From positions 141,599 through 193,322 of the forward strand of contig CP070777.1 of NCBI GenBank assembly GCA_020346225.1: 51,724 nt of DNA. Direction: 5' to 3'. The stretch is from Candidatus Zixiibacteriota bacterium (lineage in GTDB: Bacteria > Zixibacteria > MSB-5A5 > GN15 > FEB-12). The position numbers and the translations under genes were made by a program. Below are positions 27,352-37,488 of the stretch, one piece after another; position 1 is the stretch's first letter, and each line of letters begins with the position of its first letter. The notes beneath the pieces were generated by a model. It made no database searches, was not told the origin of the DNA, and saw only the letters and a list, made by a program, of their open reading frames with translations.

Positions 27352-28329
27352 ATGTCAAAGTTCATAATTACAGCGTTTGGTTTGCTGGTCTTGCTGGCCG
27401 GTGTGGCCTCGCCCCAGGAAGTCGTCATCACCGACTTTCCGCTGGGTGTGGCCGGCAGTATAGGTCAGGACGTGTTCAAGCCTCACTACGCGGAGCTAGA
27501 GGCGATAGCGGACACGCTTAAGAAGTATCCCCTGCTTCGAGCCGTTGTTACCGGCGGCGCCGACGGTGCGCGCTATCGGGAGAATCATGACGCCAAGAAT
27601 CCTTCGCTGGCCCTTGGCCGCGCCCACGCCCTTCTCGACTTCCTGATAAAAGAGTTCAATGTCGATTCCAGCCAGATTGTCATCCGAACCGAAGACGTGA
27701 AGGAGAAGGGTCCGCAGTACCGTTATGCCGGTGTTCGTATCGCCGGGGAGCTGTCGGATATCGACAGTCAACTTTCCGACCTCAGGACCCGTGTCGGCGA
27801 TCTCGAAGGTCGCCCACCGGTGGAGAAGCATTTTACCGAAGTGACCCAGGCCCCCCCGACCTTTATCGAGAATTTCGGGCTGCAGTTCGGCGCGGGAGTA
27901 TCCTCGACGCCGTTCGGAGGAACGCCGGTCGCCGCCGCCGCTGTCAGCCTGAAACGCATCATATATCTCGAGGGTATGGTGGGACATACCTTCTGGAACG
28001 GTACCTACCGGTTTCAGGACACCGACCTGGATACCCGCCGCCGGCTGCTGGGCGGCCACGTGATTATATACCCCAGGGAGAAGCTGCCGGTGGGAATTGT
28101 CGGCGGCTGGCTCAGGGTCGAAGAGGTCGCGCAGGATTATTACGAGTACACCAGGCTCTCGGAAGGCCTTGTCCTCGGTCTCAGAGCCACACCCATTGAC
28201 TACTTCTCCGTAACGGCGGCCTACAACCCGTCCAAACAGCGCGCCGCCGGAAAGCTCGGTTCCACGACCGAGAACGACCGGTTCATGATCTACATCCTGG
28301 CACATCTGTCATTTGGAGGCGCAAAGTGA
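27352..28329 (+). CDS. exported protein: OmpA-like domain, coiled coil and predicted C-terminal beta-barrel
   Basis: GGAGG RBS, signal peptide, IADTLKKYP..RAVVTGGAD...N.SLALGRA..LLDFL, then amphipathic strands ending AHLSFG. Confidence 0.6.
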   Translation: MSKFIITAFGLLVLLAGVASPQEVVITDFPLGVAGSIGQDVFKPHYAELEAIADTLKKYPLLRAVVTGGADGARYRENHDAKNPSLALGRAHALLDFLIKEFNVDSSQIVIRTEDVKEKGPQYRYAGVRIAGELSDIDSQLSDLRTRVGDLEGRPPVEKHFTEVTQAPPTFIENFGLQFGAGVSSTPFGGTPVAAAAVSLKRIIYLEGMVGHTFWNGTYRFQDTDLDTRRRLLGGHVIIYPREKLPVGIVGGWLRVEEVAQDYYEYTRLSEGLVLGLRATPIDYFSVTAAYNPSKQRAAGKLGSTTENDRFMIYILAHLSFGGAK

Positions 28330-28841
28330 GAAGAACAATACTACTTGCGGTCTGGGCGGTTATTTGCCTGGGCGTCTATCTTTTTGTGAACTGCTCCGAC
28401 CCTCTGGACAGCATCGACCAGGACGGCTGGGACCCGATCGGGCCGATTACTGACGTGGATACCATCATCGAATACGACACCGTGACCGTGACCGACACCG
28501 TCACCTATGTTGACACGCTGATAATCTACGAGCCTCAGCCGGGTGATCCGCAGACCGTCTGCAGTATTATTCTGGACAACCTGCGCGAGGTTATCTGGAT
28601 GTTTCGCAACGACGAAGGGACGTACCGCTTGCTGTTCGAGGCCGCGGCCGCGCGTGAATTCACTTTCCGGACTCTGATGGTGGATATCGACGGCCAGTTT
28701 TTCGAATGGAATCCCTCGAAAGACCCGGAGTTCACCAGGGAACTACCCGTAAGCCAGAATGCCACCATTCGGATCCTGGCCGATCAGCCCATGCTACTGG
28801 GGCATCAGGTCGATGTCTGTCTTACGATAAGCATCCCGTGA
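28326..28841 (+). CDS. hypothetical lipoprotein
   Basis: GTGA overlap with the upstream gene, GGAGG RBS, hydrophobic leader ending VNC, DT-rich linker. Confidence 0.65.
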   Translation: MRRTILLAVWAVICLGVYLFVNCSDPLDSIDQDGWDPIGPITDVDTIIEYDTVTVTDTVTYVDTLIIYEPQPGDPQTVCSIILDNLREVIWMFRNDEGTYRLLFEAAAAREFTFRTLMVDIDGQFFEWNPSKDPEFTRELPVSQNATIRILADQPMLLGHQVDVCLTISIP

Positions 28842-28957
28842 GCCGCCGGGCGATTCGCCCCCCAACTGATTTGAAGCCGGGCTTTGCCTTTAGCCGCACC
28901 GCCCGGCTATCAATCCTTCCTGCACACCGCTGAATAAGAATGCATCCGGTCGATCAG

Positions 28958-30238
28958 CTATCGGCTGTCGCGCAACCCCTTCAGCACATTGACGGCATTG
29001 GCGTTGTCCGGATTCAGTTCGAGCGACTTCTCGTAATTCACAATCGACTGTGCTGTATCCCCCGAAAGCAGCAGCGCCTCTCCATAGCTGTCGTAGACGT
29101 TGAAAGAAGCCGGAAACGTTTCCGCATTAAATTTGAATATTTTGAGTGCATCGTCAAGCCGGTTGCGGAAAAGAAGCTGGTAGCCGAGCATGTTCAGATG
29201 CGCTTCCCCGTAATCGTAGGCGTCGGGCTGCGAGGATTTCAACTCGCGGTATTTCGCTACCGCCAGAGCCGCCGCTCCCGACCCCAGCACCTCCGTAAGC
29301 GGTTCGCAGACCGATGTTTTTGCCTCCGGCCGCCCTGACACATCCCGGTACACCGTCCTTATCCAGGCCTCGAGAGTAGTCGTGGGAAACTGTCCGTTCC
29401 ACGACTGCCAGGCGGCCAGCAGGTCGTTCTCGATCATCTCTTCCTCGGTCTGCCCCGCGGCGGCTGCGCCGCGAACAAGGTCGGTGGTTTCGGTCAGCAT
29501 GCGCCTGTATTCTCTCAAGTCGTCCTTGCTGTACCGGCGGCCGTGAGCGGCGAGAAACACCACTTCGTCAGGGAATTCGTCGATAAAAGCCCGAATTCGG
29601 TCGATGTACCCCAGAACCGTACCGTTGTCTCTCTGGTCGATGTAGGGGATCTCGTCCGAAAAGAACAAATCGCCTGCGGCAACCACACCGGAGCCGACGA
29701 AATACACATAGGCGTCGCCCGCGGAGTGAGAGTTGGGCGTGTGTACGATATGAATCTCCTCACCGTTGAAATACACAACGAGAGAGTCATCGAATCCCAC
29801 CGAGGGCCGGTTGGGGCTGGGCAGCTCCGGTAGGTGGAAATATCTCCCTGAGAGCTGACCGATGGCGTTGCGGTGCGCTATGGTAACCGCCCGGTCACTC
29901 AGAAAACGATTGCCCGAAGTATGGTCGCCGTGGTAGTGGGTATTGATGACCATTCTGAGCTGGCCGTTTCCCAGCGTCTTCAGGGTATCGGCCAGCGCCG
30001 GGCCGGTCGCGGCGAAGGCGGCGTCGACCAGAAGAATGCCATCGTCCCCGACGGATGCGATAAGGTTGGTGCGGTACGGGGGCATGCCGAATTCCTCTCC
30101 GCCGGTGCAGGTGATCACATACAGATGATCGGAAAACCGGGAAATCTCGATCGGAGTCCGGTCAGGCTCGTCGCCGGTGCCGCCGGCAGCACTCCCCAGG
30201 CCGATCAGAACCAGAAAAACCAAAACGGTACGTTTCAT
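28958..30238 (-). CDS. exported MBL-fold metallo-hydrolase (cyclase-like) with C-terminal TPR
   Basis: Signal peptide, THYHGDH, HSAGD, AGDL, AHG; TPR NVYDSYGEA...YEKSLELNPDN. Confidence 0.88.
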   Translation of the reverse strand: MKRTVLVFLVLIGLGSAAGGTGDEPDRTPIEISRFSDHLYVITCTGGEEFGMPPYRTNLIASVGDDGILLVDAAFAATGPALADTLKTLGNGQLRMVINTHYHGDHTSGNRFLSDRAVTIAHRNAIGQLSGRYFHLPELPSPNRPSVGFDDSLVVYFNGEEIHIVHTPNSHSAGDAYVYFVGSGVVAAGDLFFSDEIPYIDQRDNGTVLGYIDRIRAFIDEFPDEVVFLAAHGRRYSKDDLREYRRMLTETTDLVRGAAAAGQTEEEMIENDLLAAWQSWNGQFPTTTLEAWIRTVYRDVSGRPEAKTSVCEPLTEVLGSGAAALAVAKYRELKSSQPDAYDYGEAHLNMLGYQLLFRNRLDDALKIFKFNAETFPASFNVYDSYGEALLLSGDTAQSIVNYEKSLELNPDNANAVNVLKGLRDSR

Positions 30239-30554
30239 TAGTCTCTTTGCCTTTCTGCTGGAATTGCTCTCATTTATAGACGTAGCGGTTGATAGAATTG
30301 GCCGCAAGAATCTGTGGTTGAATTCTCTACGCAACAGCGGGAGGAGAGTTGCGCCTGGACAGAGTCAGGCGAAGACCGGTGTCGGGATGAGTGAGAACGG
30401 TTGAATGGACTGGTATGAGAGGAGATGGTATCGCTGGCATTGCCATTCTGTTTATTAATGTGGCGGTTTCGAAACCTGAACCTGACGCTTAATCGCTTGT
30501 TGGTAAAGAGCTTACCAGAAAAACGCAAAAGACCGCTTTTTTTTGAATTTCTTC

Positions 30555-30600
30555 TTGACAAAATAGTGCCATTTTCCGATACTTCTCGTATAGTGAAGTA
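30555..30600 (+). promoter_or_regulatory. sigma70 promoter with overlapping inverted-repeat operator
   Basis: TTGACA (30555-30560)-N17-GATACT (30578-30583); TACTTC-N9-GAAGTA at 30580-30600. Confidence 0.6.
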
Positions 30601-30738
30601 TATAGGATGCTAAATAATGTTGACTTACAGTACGAAAAGCCCACTTGAGTCCGCCCTTAATAGGCTGTATCTGTCACAGTTCTTCTTCCTGCGCATGCGA
30701 CCGGGACTACTGGCGGTCTCGAATCTTAGGAGGTCAAA

Positions 30739-32793
30739 GTGAGATTTCTAACAACTATCCTATCGCTTGGCCTGCTACTGCTGACACCCCTTACCAGCCA
30801 GCAGGAGCAGACCGGGGACAGCCGCGATCTCTACTACGCCATCGAGCAAAATGATGTTATCTGCGGATATGCTCATGTTTTTGTAAAGCAGGCCGAATTC
30901 AACGGCCGCCCCATCATTCAACTTATTGACAGTGTATGGACGCAGCTACGCCTGATGGGTAAGACCATCGACGGCCGGTTCCGGTTTGAGTACCACATCG
31001 ATGCCGGCACCGGACGATACTTCTACCACAGCAGTGACATTGATCATGGTGGGATGACCATGAGCGCCACTATGCTTGTCGTCGGAGACAGCGTTCGCAT
31101 TGTCTCTGGCGACACTACCGCGGTTTACCTGCCCCCCGGTACCGTTCTGCAGAATACCCGCGTTCACAGGTATCTTGCCGATGATTTCGCGGCGGACGAC
31201 CTCAACGAGAAGACCTACCAGGTCTTCAGTGAAGCGGATGGAATGCTCAACACCGTCACCTATACAAGGCTCGGCCGGGAAATGCTGGAGATGGTGGGAA
31301 AACCGTACGAAGCTCTTAAGCTCAGGATGCTCAACCAGACTACCGGCATCGACGCCGAAATGTGGATTGATGCAGAGTCCGGCCTTCTTCTCAAAGCTCA
31401 CTCTGCCATTAGAGACATCTACCTCACCGGTTCCGGCGTGGTCAAGAAAGTGAAAGCGGCCAACCTGGATGAGAAAATATTCGCCAGGGTTGGCGTGGTT
31501 ATTCCGAACCCCTGGGCTATCTCCTATATGAAGGTGAAAGCCCGCCTGAAACCGGCCGGGATGTGGATAACCCCGGAAAGCCTCAACGTTCCCGGGCAGA
31601 AGTTCGACGGTACGGTCGAGGAGAATCTGGTGCAGGGCGTGTTCGACGTGAAACGCGACCGTTATGACGGCTCCGGCGCGCCGCCGTTCCCGTGCGACTT
31701 CTCCGGCGATACCGCTTTAAAGCCGTATCTGGAACCCGGCGACATGATTGAGTCCGAGGCTCCCATGCTGGTAGAGAAAGCCGCCGAGATTACGGCCGGT
31801 GCCGCCGACGCCTGGGATGCGGCGATCCGTTTGAGCCGATGGGTTAACGATGAAATCGACTACGACCTTCCCGGTGGCGGGACCGCCCTGAACACGTTCA
31901 AGACTCGCCTGGGAGAGTGCGGTTCCCATGCCAATCTGCTGGCCGCTTTCTGCCGTGCCGTCGGTATCCCCTGCCGCACCGTTTTCGGGTGTATGTATGT
32001 CCCCAGCCAGGGCGGCGCTTTCGGTCAGCACGCATGGAATGAGATTTACATGGGCAAGGCGGGCTGGATTCCGGTTGATGCTACCGTCGAGGAAATCGAC
32101 TATGCCGATTGCGCGCACATCCGCCTCGGTGAGTGGAAGTCAAAGGCGGCCATGTTTAATCCGGACACGATGGAAATCCTCGATTACCGCGTGGGTGAGG
32201 GGCCGTATGCCGATGCGCAGAGAAGGCTGTCCGAGGAAATATACAAGCCCTATGTAGGCCAGTATCGGGGCCAGCAGGGCACTCTCACCGTGCTGGTTCA
32301 GAACGGGAGTCTGGCCGTTGACATACCGGGCCAGATGGTCTTTGAGCTAAAGGACCCCAATGAACACGGTGACTGGTTTTTTAAGCTGACTAACCAGGCT
32401 TCCGTGTCGTTTGAAACCGACTCGTCGGGACAAATCGTGACTATGGTCATCGACCAAAGGCAAAGGCTGCCCCGGAAGTCCGAAGGCGACTCATCGGTGA
32501 TCCACGCTGATATTCCCCACGAATACCGCGCCTGCGTCGGAGCTTACACCATACCGATGCGAAACGCATTATACGCTATTGTGTATCAGGACAGCGGTCT
32601 GGCTCTGGATATCCCCAATGACCGCGTCCTGCCTCTGCAACAGGAGGTCGAGGGCGGGAGATGGATGGGTGATTACAGCCCGCGCATCCGGCTGGCCATA
32701 TCGTTCGAAACGGAGGCCGGCGATGTCGCTTCGTCAATGACCCTGAGCCAACTGGTGAGATGTCCCAGGATAACCTCACCGGATGAGAACTAA
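30739..32793 (+). CDS. exported transglutaminase-like domain protein
   Basis: AGGAGG RBS with GTG start, signal peptide; Cys-His-Asp triad GECGSHA / GQHAWNEIY / WIPVDAT. Confidence 0.88.
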   Translation: MRFLTTILSLGLLLLTPLTSQQEQTGDSRDLYYAIEQNDVICGYAHVFVKQAEFNGRPIIQLIDSVWTQLRLMGKTIDGRFRFEYHIDAGTGRYFYHSSDIDHGGMTMSATMLVVGDSVRIVSGDTTAVYLPPGTVLQNTRVHRYLADDFAADDLNEKTYQVFSEADGMLNTVTYTRLGREMLEMVGKPYEALKLRMLNQTTGIDAEMWIDAESGLLLKAHSAIRDIYLTGSGVVKKVKAANLDEKIFARVGVVIPNPWAISYMKVKARLKPAGMWITPESLNVPGQKFDGTVEENLVQGVFDVKRDRYDGSGAPPFPCDFSGDTALKPYLEPGDMIESEAPMLVEKAAEITAGAADAWDAAIRLSRWVNDEIDYDLPGGGTALNTFKTRLGECGSHANLLAAFCRAVGIPCRTVFGCMYVPSQGGAFGQHAWNEIYMGKAGWIPVDATVEEIDYADCAHIRLGEWKSKAAMFNPDTMEILDYRVGEGPYADAQRRLSEEIYKPYVGQYRGQQGTLTVLVQNGSLAVDIPGQMVFELKDPNEHGDWFFKLTNQASVSFETDSSGQIVTMVIDQRQRLPRKSEGDSSVIHADIPHEYRACVGAYTIPMRNALYAIVYQDSGLALDIPNDRVLPLQQEVEGGRWMGDYSPRIRLAISFETEAGDVASSMTLSQLVRCPRITSPDEN

Positions 32794-32820
32794 CGACGCT
32801 TTTGCACATGGAGAACTAAA

Positions 32821-33633
32821 ATGTGGCTTTTGAGCAAACTCAGACCGGAAACCTCGATTAACATACTGTTACCCGCCATCATAACCCTGACCGGTCTCGC
32901 TGTTCTGTGGATACTGGTCGGTCGGGTTTATGCCTGGCTCTTTGTGGCGGCCGTGTTCCTGATATATTCCCTGCTGTCGTTTTCCGTATTCGTGCGAACC
33001 CGCAGTGCGGGCTATCTGGTCGCTTCTCTCTTTCAGCTCTTCGGGTTTCTGTGGATCGGTGGTGCCAAAGAAGGGTTGTTGTACGTCAGTGACCAGTTGC
33101 TGTTGTTGGGAAAATTCGGGGCGCTGCTTTTTGGCGGGTGGCTGCAAATTCTTCTGCTGACCAGGAAAATGAAATGGCGCGGTCGTGAGATTCTCGAGCT
33201 GGCCGCTCTACCGGTTGAGGATGTCACCAACGGTTTCACCGAAAGACCGCGGCCGGTGGGGAAGGTGACGTTTTCGCGGGAGGACGTTACCGAACTCGCC
33301 CGCTTCGCTTCCAAAAACCTTATTGCCATGCCTTATATCGAACCTGACCGAATCGTCCTTGCGACCGCTACCATGGCGCAGTCATTCCGACATCTTTACC
33401 CGTGGCGACGTGACTATAGCCGTGATACGTGGGTGTCCTTCGGCAGCGACGGGCAAGTTTCCGTCAACATCTCCCAGGACGACTATGCAAAATACAGGCA
33501 GAGCCTGTCGTTTGATCAGCTCTGTGCGTCGCTGGGCAATCTGTTTCTTGAATTTCTCGAAATGTACCGGCGGGGTGAAGGATTGCAGATAATTGACCGT
33601 ATGAATACCCTGCGAATTAACCCCTACACCTGA
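32821..33633 (+). CDS. hypothetical membrane protein (4 N-terminal TM plus soluble domain)
   Basis: 270 aa, GGAG RBS, in an apparent operon with its neighbours. Confidence 0.75.
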   Translation: MWLLSKLRPETSINILLPAIITLTGLAVLWILVGRVYAWLFVAAVFLIYSLLSFSVFVRTRSAGYLVASLFQLFGFLWIGGAKEGLLYVSDQLLLLGKFGALLFGGWLQILLLTRKMKWRGREILELAALPVEDVTNGFTERPRPVGKVTFSREDVTELARFASKNLIAMPYIEPDRIVLATATMAQSFRHLYPWRRDYSRDTWVSFGSDGQVSVNISQDDYAKYRQSLSFDQLCASLGNLFLEFLEMYRRGEGLQIIDRMNTLRINPYT

Positions 33634-33640
33634 GCTCGAC

Positions 33641-34258
33641 ATGGAACCACAAATGGATTTCAAAGCAGCAGCCAAACTCGGTCATTATATTTCGAAGGAC
33701 TACGCCAGGGATGTCTTCGAACTGCTGGTGAACTACCGCACCATTTCCGCATCCGAAGCTGCCTCCCGGCTCAATCTTCATGTTAATACCGCTCAGGAGT
33801 TTCTGGAAGCCATGGCGGAATTGGATATCCTGAGCAAGGAGCAGGTGAGCGAAGGCAAGCGGCCGTATTTCCGATACTCGCTCAAGACACAGCAGATTTC
33901 AATGCAGGTTGACCTTTCGAAAATGGAGAGAAAATCATCTGACGGTATCCCGGCCATGAGGATCCGCGAGAGAAAAGATGCCAGGGCCAGGTTCACCACC
34001 GGGCGCAGCGGCCAGGCCATAAGCAGCGTGGCCGTCTGGACCGGCACCGGGCGCGAGCGAAAGGAACGACGGATAAATCTCACCACCGCGCAGGGCAAGT
34101 TTCTCTATCATCTGCCTTTTCCTGATGGCGACCCGATGACGGTCGCTGAGATTATGACTAAGGCTGGCGTGGACGAAACCTTCTCAGCTGAGGTTGTGGA
34201 CATTTTCGAGTTGCTTGAGTGCTATGGCGTAATCGAATCGCCGGGAAGCAAAACCTGA
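33641..34258 (+). CDS. winged-HTH (ArsR-like) regulator with a second C-terminal domain
   Basis: SASEAASRLNLHVNTAQEFLEAM...GKRPYFRYSL HTH and wing. Confidence 0.7.
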   Translation: MEPQMDFKAAAKLGHYISKDYARDVFELLVNYRTISASEAASRLNLHVNTAQEFLEAMAELDILSKEQVSEGKRPYFRYSLKTQQISMQVDLSKMERKSSDGIPAMRIRERKDARARFTTGRSGQAISSVAVWTGTGRERKERRINLTTAQGKFLYHLPFPDGDPMTVAEIMTKAGVDETFSAEVVDIFELLECYGVIESPGSKT

Positions 34259-34558
34259 ACTGCCGGCCCGGATTGAAAAAGGCCGGCCCATCCATTTGTC
34301 GCATCCCCTCATAAGTCATCCATCGCACGTCCCGGTCGGGGCTGTAAGCCTTTGTCGGATAATGTAATCGCTTCTTGTCCGTGATCCCGCCCATCTGGTT
34401 CTGTAGACGGCCCGGCTGAAATATCCGGTAATATCGTGCAACCACTTCGGTCAAACCTTCGTCATAGTTTGAGTAAGCAGGTTCGCTGAAAAGAAGCTTC
34501 GCGTAAGGGAGTATTTGGGTACCGACCGGTAACTGAATACACAGGCAGGAGGATTTAC

Positions 34559-35806
34559 TTGAAACGTCTCTTATATGCCACTTTGGCATTCGCCCTGGCG
34601 GCGATGGCTATATCCGCCTTCGCGCAGGACAAGCATGACATTGAGATTACCCCTCTCAACGACCACATATACAAGTTGAGCTACGATGGAGGCGGCTACA
34701 CGGTAAAGGTGATAGCTTCGGTCGGTGACGACGGTGTCCTTCTGGTGGATGCCGGTCAGAAGCAGGCGGCCGAGGAGCTGAAAGCGGCGCTGACATCGAT
34801 CAGAGATGAACCGCCAAGGATTATCATCAGCACTCATTCCCACGTCGAACACGTCGGCGGCAACGACGCTTTCGGTGGCGCGCCGCTGATCATCGGCCAC
34901 CGCAACATAAGAACGACACTGCGAAGCGGTATCTACCTGTTCGACGAGTTCTCCGACCAGGTCCTACCGGATATAACTTTCGACGACTCTCTTTCGATTC
35001 ACTTTAACGGCGAAGAGATAAAGATAATGGCCTTCCCCGGAGCCCACAGTAACGATGACGTGCTAGTGTGGTTCACCGGCTCCAAAATCGCCTGTGTCGG
35101 GGCCCTGTGTAACGGTTTCGACTTTCCTTCCGTAGATTCAAAGGGTGACGTAACGAAGTATGCCGAGATAACCGGGCGTGTTATCGAAGCGCTGCCTGAC
35201 GATGCGATGGTTATCCCCGGTCACGGACAGGACTGCACGATGGATGATTTCCGCGCCTTTCACGATATGCTGGTCAGGACCGGTGAGATAGTGAGGCAGG
35301 AGCTCGACCGGGGAAAGGACGCGTCGGCATTGCAGCAGGAGAAAGTGCTCAGCGAATGGGAATCGTTCGGCGGCAGTTACACAACAACGGACAGATGGAT
35401 AAAGTATCTGGCCGAAGGCTTCACCGGCAAGGACACCCGCCCGACCGCATATGAACCGATGTACTACGCTATAAGGGACATAGGTGCGGTTGCGGCCGTT
35501 GACCATTATTTTTCCCTCAGGGTCACCCAGCCCGAAACCTATCGGTTCACCGACAACGATATCGTGTTCATAGCGTACAAACTATACAAGAACGATCGGG
35601 TAGAGGAATCCCTGCCGTTCTTTGAGAGGGCGGTGGTCGAATACCCCGACGGCATGTATGCCGAGCTGTGTTTCAGTTATCTTGGCGAGGCCTATTATGC
35701 CGCCGGCGATACAACCCGGGCATTGTCCAATTACCGGAAGGTGCTCGAGTTGAACCCGGACAATACTGACGCCGCCGAAATCGTTGACAAACTGGGAGGT
35801 AAATAG
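34559..35806 (+). CDS. exported MBL-fold protein with C-terminal TPR (degenerate metal site)
   Basis: AGGAGG RBS with TTG start; THSHVEH, AHSNDD, VGAL, PGHG; TPR ...YRKVLELNPDN; paralog of 28958-30238. Confidence 0.85.
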   Translation: MKRLLYATLAFALAAMAISAFAQDKHDIEITPLNDHIYKLSYDGGGYTVKVIASVGDDGVLLVDAGQKQAAEELKAALTSIRDEPPRIIISTHSHVEHVGGNDAFGGAPLIIGHRNIRTTLRSGIYLFDEFSDQVLPDITFDDSLSIHFNGEEIKIMAFPGAHSNDDVLVWFTGSKIACVGALCNGFDFPSVDSKGDVTKYAEITGRVIEALPDDAMVIPGHGQDCTMDDFRAFHDMLVRTGEIVRQELDRGKDASALQQEKVLSEWESFGGSYTTTDRWIKYLAEGFTGKDTRPTAYEPMYYAIRDIGAVAAVDHYFSLRVTQPETYRFTDNDIVFIAYKLYKNDRVEESLPFFERAVVEYPDGMYAELCFSYLGEAYYAAGDTTRALSNYRKVLELNPDNTDAAEIVDKLGGK

Positions 35807-35885
35807 GACCGAGAGCGTTGTGACCGGCAGCTGGCGTACCTGCCAGGATGATAACGGCACGAGAGAATGGTGCCGGTGAGGTAGT

Positions 35886-37205
35886 GTGACTTCAAAAGGT
35901 GGCTTATCAGTGACAATCAGGACGGTCTGCTTCGTGTTCCCTGCCGCTCTGGCCCTGCTTAGCTCTGTCCGGGCACAGACCGTTCCCGAGTGGAGCTTTT
36001 CCATTCTGGCTTCGGTGAAGGACACGACCGTTGCCCGCCTCGGCGGGCCGGAAAATGTAACACGGCTCATCAGAGAACAGTTCGACTCCGTCAACGTGAG
36101 GTTCAATCGGCCCGGCGTCTTCGACGGTACTTTCAATTTCTCTGTTGATTCGGTGCACATCTTCCAGAGCGATCCCTATACTCAAAGCCGCCAGCCTCAC
36201 CCCGACCATGACTACCAGATTGTCTATGACTGTTCTTCCTGGACGCGCGCCAACTGGCTCTTTCCGCCCGACAACGGCGTCCTCCTGCTCTTTCCTGTGA
36301 CCAGCGACAGCCTGGGTCCATTCGGCTACAAGGCGGGGCAGATCCTTACTCACGAGTTGGCCCACGCGCGGGGCGCCGTAGATCTTTACGGCCTGGCGGT
36401 CAGTGCCGACCTGAACGAGGTAAACGGCGTCTGGTTCAGCACGGGACCCTCAATCATGAAAATCTATATGGACTCAGTCTGGGACCAGCATTCGATAAAC
36501 ATTATAAACAGGTGGGCCGACCATGTTCTCGAGCTGGAACAGTTCCGCCTGAGCCGCTACTTTCCGTCGACCATCGGGCTGAGGTTGACGAACGTTTACG
36601 GCGGAGCGCCGCCGCGTGCCCGGGTCACGGCCTATGCCCATGGCTGGTACGATTTTGCTCTGTCCGACGTACCGGTAGCCACCGGTCGCACCGATTCTGC
36701 GGGTGTATTCAGATTTCTGTCAAACCCGTTTGCGCCGGACGCTTCGGATCCCGATATCCGCAACGCCTGGGACATAAAGAACTCGGTGCTTCTTATCGAG
36801 ATCCGGGCTGGCAGCGACGCCCACTACTACTGGCTGCCCTTCACCCTGCCTCAAAACGCCTATTTCTCCGACTCGACTTCCCCGTACTTCCTGCAGATCA
36901 CCATTCCCCCGACCAGCGATGATCTTTATCAGAGCGTTCCGGACTATTTCACGCTGTATCAGAACGTCCCCAATCCGTTCAACTCCGCGACGGAAGTCTA
37001 TTTCGAACTTGAGCAGTCAGGCCACGTCCTGATCGAGATATACAACATTCTCGGCCGCCGCCAATCAGTGCCGTTTGACGGCTGGCTTGAGTCCGGAATG
37101 CACCACGTTACCTGGGAACCCGGCCGATCAGCCAGCGGTGTGTATCTGGCACGGGTGACCGTCGACGGCAGGAGCGCCAGCTGCAAAATGCTGATGCTCA
37201 AATGA
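35886..37205 (+). CDS. secreted zincin-type metallopeptidase with C-terminal sorting domain
   Basis: Signal peptide; THELAHARGAVDLY (HExxHxxGxxD) followed by SIM Met-turn; QNVPNPFNSAT...YNILGR...KMLMLK. Confidence 0.75.
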   Translation: MTSKGGLSVTIRTVCFVFPAALALLSSVRAQTVPEWSFSILASVKDTTVARLGGPENVTRLIREQFDSVNVRFNRPGVFDGTFNFSVDSVHIFQSDPYTQSRQPHPDHDYQIVYDCSSWTRANWLFPPDNGVLLLFPVTSDSLGPFGYKAGQILTHELAHARGAVDLYGLAVSADLNEVNGVWFSTGPSIMKIYMDSVWDQHSINIINRWADHVLELEQFRLSRYFPSTIGLRLTNVYGGAPPRARVTAYAHGWYDFALSDVPVATGRTDSAGVFRFLSNPFAPDASDPDIRNAWDIKNSVLLIEIRAGSDAHYYWLPFTLPQNAYFSDSTSPYFLQITIPPTSDDLYQSVPDYFTLYQNVPNPFNSATEVYFELEQSGHVLIEIYNILGRRQSVPFDGWLESGMHHVTWEPGRSASGVYLARVTVDGRSASCKMLMLK

Positions 37206-37488
37206 TACCACAACCCAACCTGTTGTATAACAACTTCATACGGCCATAGCCGGGTTTGTTCCACGGTCTACAACACCCAGTGATACGACCTCCAATTAGG
37301 TATCAGTGGTTAGGATTTTTTAAAGAAGAGAATTCTCAAGTATTACTCTTGACCTCCATGTTGGCAACAAAATGAGCTAGTCATTCGTATAATCATCATA
37401 TATCGACGGATATTTCTGAATAATCGTCAGATTATGGTTGACAGATATGGTCGCAGGCAGCTATTAGAAAATGAAAGGAGGTAGCAGA

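Noticed and set aside
30739-34258. Lasso-peptide (RiPP) cluster suggested by transglutaminase plus RRE-like domain
   Set aside because: No asparagine-synthetase-like cyclase or precursor peptide, and the transglutaminase is a large exported protein unlike lasso B2 peptidases.
1763-35806. Calling the serine hydrolases and MBL-fold proteins antibiotic resistance genes
   Set aside because: Only fold-level motifs are present; these superfamilies are mostly esterases, peptidases and other hydrolases.
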